A stretch of DNA of 14,207 bases from a virus (lineage: Duplodnaviria; Heunggongvirae; Uroviricota; Caudoviricetes): IMG/VR virus record IMGVR_UViG_3300005397_000053. One strand, given 5' to 3'. Position numbers and translations under genes: made by a program. Shown in pieces: positions 7,365 to 14,207 of the stretch (position 1 is its first letter; each line of letters opens with the position of its first letter). The notes under the pieces are model-generated. The model worked only from the letters and a program-made list of their open reading frames with translations, searched no databases and was not told the origin of the DNA.

Positions 7365-8732
7365 TTAAAGCGAGCGGATCCCGTAGGACTCAATGTGATC
7401 AGACAGCGTGTCTTCTTTCTCGTACAGCATGGCTCTGCCAACCGCCATAATCAGCGCAACTGCACCATCGATTTTGTTTTCCGCCTGCTCCTTGACGGGC
7501 TTCACCACATCATCGTTACCCGGAATGGTTTTGCCGACCACGTTGCCGATACACCAGGTCATGATGGGATTGCCGTCATGATGAAAGCGCCCCGATTCAA
7601 TCGCCGCTTCCAGCTCTTTCATCGGATCGGACATGTTGGTGTAGTTCTGAATGATGGTGACGGGGTTCAGGTCTTCATCAGCAAGGTCATGTGACAGCCC
7701 GGTCGCCCCGAAGGGGTCGATGGGTGACTCACTGACCGGGCTGATTTTGTTCGCCGCTTTGGCCTCTTCGAGGATGTAGCGATAATCCACCTCCGCACCA
7801 TCGGTAACGGTCAGAACGCCCATTTCCACCCATTTCTGAAAGCGTTCGGCTGTCCGGCGATCTTCATTTTTCTCGACGCTGTACACCGTGTCATACGGTA
7901 CCCAGAAACGCGGGGCCACACTGTAGTAATGCGTTTTACCGTCAATCTCGCGGGTATAAAGTCGCGCCATGCTGTTCATATCCAGCTTACGCGCCAGGTC
8001 AAAGGCCAGAATGCACGGCTGCCCCTCGAACTGCTCAAGGGTCAGTGATTTATCCTCGCAGCTCTGCCAGCTCACCAGGTTGAAATACGCCGAACGCGCC
8101 GACGCCCAGATATTGAGGTGTTTTGTTTTAAAGACGTTTGCCAGACGGGCGTTATTTTTCGCACGCTGCTGCTGACTTAACAAAAATTCGCGATAAACCG
8201 ACACGCCAATATTTGGATTGGCTTTTTCCAGCACCTGCGGGTCGGTCCAGTCGTCACCTTCATCAACGGTATAGATGATCCCGAACAGTTCATCGTTTGG
8301 CACCGAGCCGTTGAGCATCTCGATGACTTCCCGCCGTTTGTCGTAGCACGGCCCCTCAATGTTGTACCCGGCGGTGGTAATGGCCCACATCAGTGGCTGG
8401 CGTCGCGCCCCCATCCCGGTAAGCATCGTGGTGTAAAGCGCATCTGTGGCGTGCTCGTGATATTCATCCACCACGGCACAGTGGGGTGATGAACCATCAC
8501 CCTGGCGACGCGCCTTACGCGTTAACCAGCCTTCTGCTTCCAGCCGTGCGATAGCCGTTCTGACGGTACTCATCCCCGCGCCAATCTGACGGGCAATGGT
8601 TTCAATTGATGGCCAGCACACACCTTCGTCATTACTGAAATCAGCCAGGCGGGCCATAATTGCCACGCTGGATAACTTCATGCCTGATGCAGCGCAACCA
8701 TCCCATACATAGCCGGTTAATTTAGTGCTCAT
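7365..8732 (-). CDS. ymfN: Chimeric ORF: winged-helix replication-initiator-like N-terminus fused to terminase large-subunit C-terminal region
   Basis: 455 aa. The first 80-90 residues have an HTH ([30 protein letters not shown]); the remainder resembles a terminase large subunit. I recall this fusion being described for e14. Confidence 0.75.
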
Positions 8733-8741
8733 GACCGACCT

Positions 8742-9080
8742 CTATTTCCCTGAATTTACGACGAAACTGTTCGAGCGGGCTGAAGCATTCATGCTCATAA
8801 CCTTCGCGGAGGTAGATAACCCGTTGTGTTTCCGGCTCCCAACGAATGACTCTGACGGGCACTCCGTAGTGATCTTTGAACCAGCGGTTAACTTGTCGCA
8901 AAGGACTGTCTCCTTCTGCCGGTTGAAATCACCCACAGCCCACTCTGCAAAGCTGTGGGTTACAATTTCCCTGTCACCTGGTACATTCACTGCATAGCAA
9001 TATTCCACCTTCGCTTTTCCACCCGGTACAGGAAGCGCAATCAGTTGCGAGCGACGGTAGTGTGTTGTTAAACTGTTCAT
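8742..9080 (-). CDS. ymfM: Small early-operon protein; I recall it being reported as the SOS-inducible cell-division inhibitor of e14
   Basis: 112 aa ORF between ymfL and ymfN in the rightward-operon equivalent. Confidence 0.65.
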
Positions 9081-9646
9081 GCGTTAGTTTCTCCACAACC
9101 AGAAGCAATCGACGCCACGACGCCCGGAGCTGCACACTCGCGGGCGTCATTACTTTCTGAAATGCAAAAAATTTTGTAGACAAGTGCTGCATGCTCCTGC
9201 AGCTTCGAAATTGAGAGATACAGCTCGTCGTTAATTGCTGTCTTCTCATGCGGTTCCACTACACCGTCTTCGATTGCTGAACGAATCTGTTTTGAATAAC
9301 TGCCGATCTGTTCAATGACTTCCAGCAGACGCTGGTTAATATCGGCGTTGTCCACATCCTCGACGTCAGGAAGAGACACAAAGACGCCATTTGCAGACTG
9401 CGCCACAGCATCAGCAATGAAGTGAGTGCCACCAGCACGCTGTAAAACCATTGCCCATCCCAGCGGGAAAATCTGATCGCCATCTGCACGAAGGCGGTTG
9501 AATAAAGCGTTTTCTGTTACATCGAGCCAGTCAGCCGCTTCAGCGTAACCACTCGGCAACGCCGCGATAGTTTTTCTGACAGCTTTCACGTACCACTCAG
9601 GCTGTTTTTCTATTTTCCAGTGATGCTTACCCACGATTAGCCTCAT
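9077..9646 (-). CDS. ymfL: Early regulatory protein (possibly CII-like)
   Basis: 189 aa ORF immediately downstream of the cro-like gene. 4 bp overlap with ymfM. No motif recognised. Confidence 0.65.
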
Positions 9647-9677
9647 CGTTCTGTGGTTAAAAATTGAAAGTGTTCTG

Positions 9678-9878
9678 CTAATCTTTCGGATAGATATCCG
9701 GTCTTAAGTCAGATTTCGTAATTGCACCTGATGTGTATTGCTCAAGTTTTTTAGCCAGCACAAAACTGGCTTTTTTATAGCCATTGAAAACCAGCCGTAA
9801 GTAGCCAGGTGTTGAGCCAACTTTTCCGGCCAACTCGCCCTGCTGTTCTTTGGTTAAAGAGTCCCAATACGCTTTCAT
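9678..9878 (-). CDS. croE: Cro-like HTH repressor
   Basis: 66 aa from the ATG at 9876-9878, preceded by GGAGG. HTH-like segment QGELAGKVGSTPGYLRLVFNG. Transcribed divergently from cohE across an operator-bearing intergenic region. The track ORF (167 aa) is an upstream extension overlapping the cohE start. Confidence 0.6.
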   Translation of the reverse strand: MKAYWDSLTKEQQGELAGKVGSTPGYLRLVFNGYKKASFVLAKKLEQYTSGAITKSDLRPDIYPKD

Positions 9879-9881
9879 ACA

Positions 9882-9904
9882 ATATGTACCTCCGGTGTAC
9901 ATAT
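9882..9904. promoter_or_regulatory. Operator-like palindrome 1 in the cohE/croE divergent region
   Basis: ATATGTAC ctccggt GTACATAT: perfect 8 bp inverted repeat. Confidence 0.55.
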
Positions 9905-9932
9905 TACATGATTGAAATGAACCTTCAAGATA

Positions 9933-9953
9933 CTTGTACCTTAACGGTACAAG
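9933..9953. promoter_or_regulatory. Operator-like palindrome 2 in the cohE/croE divergent region
   Basis: CTTGTACC ttaac GGTACAAG: perfect 8 bp inverted repeat sharing the TGTACC core with palindrome 1. Confidence 0.55.
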
Positions 9954-9968
9954 GGTTTTAATTTCGTT

Positions 9969-10643
9969 ATGAAAACAATCCATGACATCCGGCGGTCTAA
10001 CGCCAGAAAACTGAGAGATGGTGTTGGCGGGAATTCTTCCTTTGCCACTATGATTGATCGCGAGCCAACCCAGACCAGCAGGTTTATGGGAGATGGTGCT
10101 ACTAAAAATATCGGTGACAGCATGGCACGACACATCGAAAAATGTTTCGACCTGCCTGTAGGATGGCTCGATCAAGAACACCAGACAACGAACATCACAA
10201 AAAAACCTGATGTTTCAATCACTAATAAACAAATCACATTAGTCCCTGTCATATCATGGGTACAGGCCGGAGCATGGAAAGAAGTTGGATATTCTGAGGT
10301 TGATTTGAGCACAGCAGAAACGTATCCCTGCCCTGTACCCTGTGGGGAAATGACTTATATCTTGCGGGTAATAGGTGATTCAATGATTGATGAGTACCGC
10401 CCGGGAGACATGATTTTTGTCGATCCTGAAGTACCTGCCTGCCACGGTGACGACGTTATTGCATTGATGCACGATACAGGTGAAACCACCTTCAAAAGGT
10501 TGATAGAAGATGGGACACAGCGTTATCTCAAAGCGTTAAACCCAAACTGGCCTGAGCCTTACATTAAGATCAACGGTAATTGCTCTATAATTGGTACTGT
10601 GATTTTCTCAGGAAAACCAAGAAGATACAAAATCAAAGCCTAA
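9969..10643 (+). CDS. cohE: CI-like prophage repressor with C-terminal LexA/S24 autopeptidase domain
   Basis: 224 aa. S24-type signature (VIGDSM...GDMIFVD...) in the C-terminal half; positioned as the immunity repressor. Confidence 0.8.
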   Translation: MKTIHDIRRSNARKLRDGVGGNSSFATMIDREPTQTSRFMGDGATKNIGDSMARHIEKCFDLPVGWLDQEHQTTNITKKPDVSITNKQITLVPVISWVQAGAWKEVGYSEVDLSTAETYPCPVPCGEMTYILRVIGDSMIDEYRPGDMIFVDPEVPACHGDDVIALMHDTGETTFKRLIEDGTQRYLKALNPNWPEPYIKINGNCSIIGTVIFSGKPRRYKIKA

Positions 10644-10655
10644 TCAATGTTTATG

Positions 10656-10678
10656 AACCTGCTTCGGCAGGTTTTTTT
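10656..10678 (+). terminator. Rho-independent terminator downstream of cohE
   Basis: cctgc ttcg gcagg followed by ttttttt, directly after the cohE stop. Confidence 0.8.
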
Positions 10679-10682
10679 ATAC

Positions 10683-10710
10683 TTGACAATGTACCTTTGA
10701 GATACATAAT
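10683..10710 (+). promoter_or_regulatory. Sigma70-like promoter with embedded operator half-sites, driving ymfJ and possibly xis-int
   Basis: TTGACA (10683-10688), 16 bp spacer, CATAAT (10705-10710). Two ATGTACC copies (10689-10695 and 10708-10714) match the operator core of the cohE/croE region. Confidence 0.5.
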
Positions 10711-10817
10711 GTACCCAAGAGAAACAACAAACAGGCAGGACGCCCACGAAGTAGCCCGCCCGGTACGTACGAAGACCGGGATGATTCGTTAGCGGATGAT
10801 TTCAGTGGAGAGAATAG

Positions 10818-11126
10818 ATGAATGAGCAGAATTTGAAGCATGTGATCGCATTGTTGCTGGAAGACGCTAAACGTTTGCAGCAGATAGAGCCAAATGCAGG
10901 CACTGAGGCCCGCATTTTGTTAGCAAAACAGGCATTAAAGACTTGCGGGGCGCAAGCCCCTGGTCGAACCGAGTTCATGAATTTCATGGCTAACACACTC
11001 ACCCCTCTGCCATGCAATGGAGAGAAGGTGAGCCGTGTTTATCACGACACAATGGTTAAGGCTTTAAGAATCGAGCTTGATGGGCTTAGGCGTAAGATCG
11101 TAATGAACGAAATCGTTACCAACTAA
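10818..11126 (+). CDS. ymfJ: Hypothetical protein, no recognisable domain
   Basis: 102 aa ORF, first gene downstream of the promoter at 10683. 3' end overlaps ymfI convergently by 63 nt. Confidence 0.6.
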   Translation: MNEQNLKHVIALLLEDAKRLQQIEPNAGTEARILLAKQALKTCGAQAPGRTEFMNFMANTLTPLPCNGEKVSRVYHDTMVKALRIELDGLRRKIVMNEIVTN

Positions 11127-11405
11127 GGAAGCAGACGGAAGTAAGCATGCGCTTTGTTCAAATTTACAGACAAATATATTTGCGTCAACACCGGCACTGT
11201 TAGCAATTGAAAATGTTTGATCAAGGATTTGTTGGCAGTTCATTGTACTTTTGAGGATATATCCCTCTGGAATCAGTCTGCAGCAGCTATCGTCAGACTC
11301 TTTAACTGTTTTCTGGTACAGAAAGTTAAGCATTAATTCTTCAAATTTTTTGGTCTGTTCGGCTGTGTCTTCAAATAGACGAACGTGAACATAAAACTGG
11401 TTCAT
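11064..11405 (-). CDS. ymfI: Hypothetical protein, no recognisable domain
   Basis: 113 aa from the ATG at 11403-11405 (MNQFYVHVRLFEDTAEQ), preceded by an AGGAAAC Shine-Dalgarno-like sequence. The track ORF adds 15 upstream codons. Confidence 0.55.
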   Translation of the reverse strand: MNQFYVHVRLFEDTAEQTKKFEELMLNFLYQKTVKESDDSCCRLIPEGYILKSTMNCQQILDQTFSIANSAGVDANIFVCKFEQSACLLPSASLVGNDFVHYDLTPKPIKLDS

Positions 11406-11521
11406 TAAGTTTCCTTGCTTGCTGGCTGTGTGAGAACTCCAGCATACCACCGAGCCTGAAGTGGTGAAAAGACAGGCACATAACAGCTAAGTATTTTCAA
11501 CCAGAGAGAATCCTTAGCGTT

Positions 11522-11833
11522 GTGGTGAATGCGGCTCAGCGCACGCGGGTTAAGGTTGAGGCTGACAATCGACCTTCTGTGGATACCCACCCGCCTGGTG
11601 TGCAACCTTCGCCAGGCACCGGGGGCACCCGACACCACAACTTTATGCTGTGTGTAGTCTTGGCGGTACCAGTTTTTTCCTTAGTCCTTTCTGGTACCGC
11701 CCTTTTTACAAAACAGAGAAGAGTATCCCCGGATGACGGGTTAATAACCCGACCCATCCTGATAGCTGTGGCCACAGGTGCTCTTCTCTGTTTTGTGGAG
11801 AAACTAACCGACCGTGCAGGGTCGATATGCTGA
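11522..11833 (+). CDS. Doubtful ORF (GTG start, no clear RBS) encoding a putative two-TM peptide; may correspond to K-12 ymfH. The region may instead be a structured RNA or regulatory DNA.
   Basis: 103-codon ORF with hydrophobic stretches, but the DNA is unusually rich in nested perfect inverted repeats (see findings), which argues for a structural or regulatory role. Confidence 0.25.
   Translation: MVNAAQRTRVKVEADNRPSVDTHPPGVQPSPGTGGTRHHNFMLCVVLAVPVFSLVLSGTALFTKQRRVSPDDGLITRPILIAVATGALLCFVEKLTDRAGSIC
11662..11707 (+). terminator. Strong stem-loop followed by a T-tract (candidate terminator or attenuator upstream of xis)
   Basis: GGCGGTACCAG, a 18 nt loop, CTGGTACCGCC (perfect 11 bp stem), then cttttt. 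Confidence 0.45.
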
Positions 11834-11869
11834 GACTAAGCAGTTAGTGTAGTAATAAGGTGATCGCAT

Positions 11870-12115
11870 ATGCTTCAAATGTTAACTCTTGAAGAATGGG
11901 CTGCTGAAAAATACAGAAGTAATCCTCCAAGTGTGTCCACATTGCGTCGTTATGCTAAGCAGAATTTATTTTGTCCACCGGCCATGAAACAAGGCCGGTT
12001 ATGGCGAGTGCGTGAGGACGCCGAGTTAGTTGGGGAGTTGGTAACACCTGTAATCAAGAAAAATGACTCATTACTTTTGCAACGGATTTTGAGTAATGGC
12101 AGCCAGACCGCGTAA
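11870..12115 (+). CDS. xisE: Excisionase (Xis-like)
   Basis: 81 aa ORF immediately upstream of and overlapping the integrase start by 20 nt. Confidence 0.75.
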   Translation: MLQMLTLEEWAAEKYRSNPPSVSTLRRYAKQNLFCPPAMKQGRLWRVREDAELVGELVTPVIKKNDSLLLQRILSNGSQTA

Positions 12116-13223
12116 GAATAATGTTTCAGTCCCTAACTTATATCCGCTTTATAGTAGGAAGGTAAATAAAGTCTATTGGCGGTATAAGCATCCAGTGACA
12201 GGAAAATTCCATGCTTTGGGAACAAACGAAGCTGAAGCTATCGCTATTGCCACTGAGGCCAACACTCGCCTGGCTGAACAAAGAACCCGGCAGATTCTGG
12301 CTATCAGTGACAGGATCGCAACCAGCAAAGGAAAGGCTATCACAACGTCAACCTGGTTAGATCGCTATCAAGCGATCCAGGATGACAGGCTTAAAAGTGG
12401 TGATATAAGACTCAACACCTATAAACAAAAAGCTAAACCAGTATCCTTGCTCAGAGAACGAGCAGGAATGAAGTTGATCTCAGCCGTTGATGTCAGAGAT
12501 ATAGCACAATTGCTTGATGAGTATATCGCCGCTGGGCGGCCAAGAATGGCACAAGTAGTTCGCTCCGTCCTGATTGATGTTTTCAAAGAGGCGCAGCACT
12601 ACGGAGAAGTACCTCCTGGCTATAACCCAGCATTAGCCACTAAACAACCAAGAAGAAAAATTACCCGACAACGGCTGAGCCTTGAAGAATGGAAAAAAAT
12701 CTTCGATATCGCAGACGCTACTCATCGTTACATGGGAAATGCCATGCTGTTAGCGCTGGTTACTGGTCAGCGGTTAGGTGATATTTCGCGTATGAAATTT
12801 AGCGATATTTGGGATGATCATCTTCATGTCATTCAGGAAAAGACCGGGAGCAAAATCGCAATTCCTCTTTCTCTTCGCCTCAATGCGATTAACTGGAGTT
12901 TACGCGATGTAGTAGCCCGCTGCCGTGACTATGCAGTCAGTGCATACTTAGTGCATTTTTTTCGTTCAACTTCACAAGCAGAGCGCGGAGCGCAGGTTAA
13001 AGCCAATACATTGACGATGAATTTTAGTAAAGCGAGAGATTTAGCAAGAATTGACTGGGGAGAGGGTTCACCTGCGACATTCCATGAGCAAAGGTCTTTA
13101 TCTGAACGTCTGTATAAAGAACAGGGGTTAGACACACAAAAACTACTTGGTCATAAAACACAACAACAAACCGATCGTTATCATGATGATCGAGGTAAAG
13201 GATGGAGCAAAGTAGCGTTGTGA
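12096..13223 (+). CDS. intE: Tyrosine integrase (lambda Int family)
   Basis: 375 aa. The C-terminus HEQRSLSERLYKEQGLDTQKLLGHKTQQQTDRYHDDRG closely parallels lambda Int (HELRSLSARLYEKQ...LLGHKSDTMASQYRDDRG), including the catalytic Tyr. Confidence 0.92.
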   Translation: MAARPRKNNVSVPNLYPLYSRKVNKVYWRYKHPVTGKFHALGTNEAEAIAIATEANTRLAEQRTRQILAISDRIATSKGKAITTSTWLDRYQAIQDDRLKSGDIRLNTYKQKAKPVSLLRERAGMKLISAVDVRDIAQLLDEYIAAGRPRMAQVVRSVLIDVFKEAQHYGEVPPGYNPALATKQPRRKITRQRLSLEEWKKIFDIADATHRYMGNAMLLALVTGQRLGDISRMKFSDIWDDHLHVIQEKTGSKIAIPLSLRLNAINWSLRDVVARCRDYAVSAYLVHFFRSTSQAERGAQVKANTLTMNFSKARDLARIDWGEGSPATFHEQRSLSERLYKEQGLDTQKLLGHKTQQQTDRYHDDRGKGWSKVAL

Positions 13224-13313
13224 ACCTTTAAGCATCTCAACGCCACATTGAATTTCTCACCGCACATGATAAAAACTAAAAAGTCCACTTTAAGCGAGCG
13301 GCGGACAGCCATA

Positions 13314-14207
13314 TCAGTTACTGGTAAGACGTGAAATATCACAGAGAAGATCACCTAAAATCGATGAAAAGGACTCCCCATCTAGATTCACATTGATATT
13401 TTTGCCATGGAAAAGATATTGAAGCATCACTGTACATAGAGCTTCAATCAACTCTTCATTTCCGACAGGGTAGCATGAAATATTCGAATATATACGCTCA
13501 TATGCAGCTGGGTGTGTATTTTGTAAACAGAAGTAATTTTCAACTTCTAAGCTTTGTATACAAAGCACTGCCGTAGCAATGCCAAGTGCACGTTTCTTTA
13601 ATTCAGGAGCGGATTCATACAGGTTGCCTAATATCCATTTTGTAGCATGTGAATCTGCTTCACGCTCCTCTTGAGTGGAGAATGCTGTAGTGACCAATGG
13701 ATGCTGTAAAACAACATGACTTATTTCATGATGAAGAATCCAAGCAATAGCACAAAGAAATATCTCGCTAGCAACTTGTGAGTCTTCGCTTCCTTGTAAA
13801 TATGCTTCTGGCTTGGGACATTTTTTAGGCCATGATTCGCAACCTGTTGTTTGCAAGTTTTTCCTTGCCCATTTAAGAAGTTCATCAGACTTTTTAAGCC
13901 TATTTTTTCCTGTTAAATCAAAGTGCTCATCATTATTTTTCTGAGATTTGGAGTACTCTTGCGTAAAAACCCAAAAGAAATTGGAAAATGCCCAAATATA
14001 TTCAAGTGAAGCTACTGTTAGAACTATTTCATGTGAATTATTACTCTCATTCTTCCTGACTCGGATATTAAAACCAGGTTCACTCACAACTGAAATTATA
14101 ATTTTTTTGTCGTCAACTATCGTTTTAAGATCTTGCTCCTTCTCTGGTGCAATCTTAAATGGTGATGAATTAATTGCTGAGAAAAGATGACAAATTGGTG
14201 AGCGCAT
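13314..14207 (-). CDS. lit: Lit, zinc metalloprotease abortive-infection (phage exclusion) protein that cleaves EF-Tu
   Basis: 297 aa with the HExxH zinc-binding motif (ILHHEISHVVLQH). AT-rich; convergent with intE. The start codon coincides with the last base of the window, so the promoter is outside. Confidence 0.88.
   Translation of the reverse strand: MRSPICHLFSAINSSPFKIAPEKEQDLKTIVDDKKIIISVVSEPGFNIRVRKNESNNSHEIVLTVASLEYIWAFSNFFWVFTQEYSKSQKNNDEHFDLTGKNRLKKSDELLKWARKNLQTTGCESWPKKCPKPEAYLQGSEDSQVASEIFLCAIAWILHHEISHVVLQHPLVTTAFSTQEEREADSHATKWILGNLYESAPELKKRALGIATAVLCIQSLEVENYFCLQNTHPAAYERIYSNISCYPVGNEELIEALCTVMLQYLFHGKNINVNLDGESFSSILGDLLCDISRLTSN

Larger units (their letters stand above)
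1696..14207. mobile_element. e14-type defective lambdoid prophage, mcrA end through lit (continues beyond the window end)
   Basis: Contiguous block of mcrA, pin, invertible stf/tfa segment, ymfQ, baseplate and portal remnants, chimeric ymfN, immunity switch, xis, int and lit, abutting the icd 3' fragment. The left boundary near 1696 is inferred from where icd similarity ends. Confidence 0.85.

Noticed and set aside
9678-10181. 167 aa version of the cro-like ORF
   Set aside because: The upstream extension runs across the operator region and into the cohE start; the ATG at 9876-9878 with a GGAGG upstream is the plausible start.
11519-11800. Possible retron msr/msd or type III toxin-antitoxin RNA
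   Set aside because: No reverse transcriptase or ToxN-like gene adjacent and no tandem direct repeats; the inverted repeats are kept as an unexplained structured region instead.
13224-13313. Convergent terminator between intE and lit
   Set aside because: Only a weak 5 bp hairpin (AAAGT cc ACTTT) without a clear T-tract; not enough to call.
1-14207. CRISPR array, tRNA or rRNA genes
   Set aside because: No regularly spaced direct repeats and no cloverleaf-like or rRNA-like sequence were seen; the prophage sits in icd, not a tRNA gene.

Overview
This window is the junction between E. coli chromosomal DNA and a defective lambdoid prophage that I recognise as e14 (integrated in icd), read in the reverse of the usual K-12 orientation. 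All calls rest on reading the sequence and the ORF track plus recall of the K-12 annotation; no alignment or database search was run, so gene symbols are recollections to be confirmed. Positions 1-1695 are the chromosomal flank: ycgX, an AT-rich leader, iraM, and the displaced 3' fragment of icd with its terminator. From about 1696 to the window end the prophage runs mcrA, pin invertase with an invertible tail-fibre segment (stfE/tfaE and tfaP/stfP), ymfQ, baseplate-J and portal remnants, ymfR, the chimeric ymfN, ymfM, ymfL, the croE/cohE immunity switch, ymfJ, ymfI, a structured interval, xisE, intE and lit. The window ends exactly at the lit start codon. Most of this is known biology. The items I could not explain and rate highest are the densely nested inverted repeats at 11519-11800, the orphan convergent pair ymfI/ymfJ behind an operator-bearing promoter, and a roughly 50 bp icd-terminator-like element duplicated on both sides of iraM. 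I found no CRISPR array, tRNA or rRNA.
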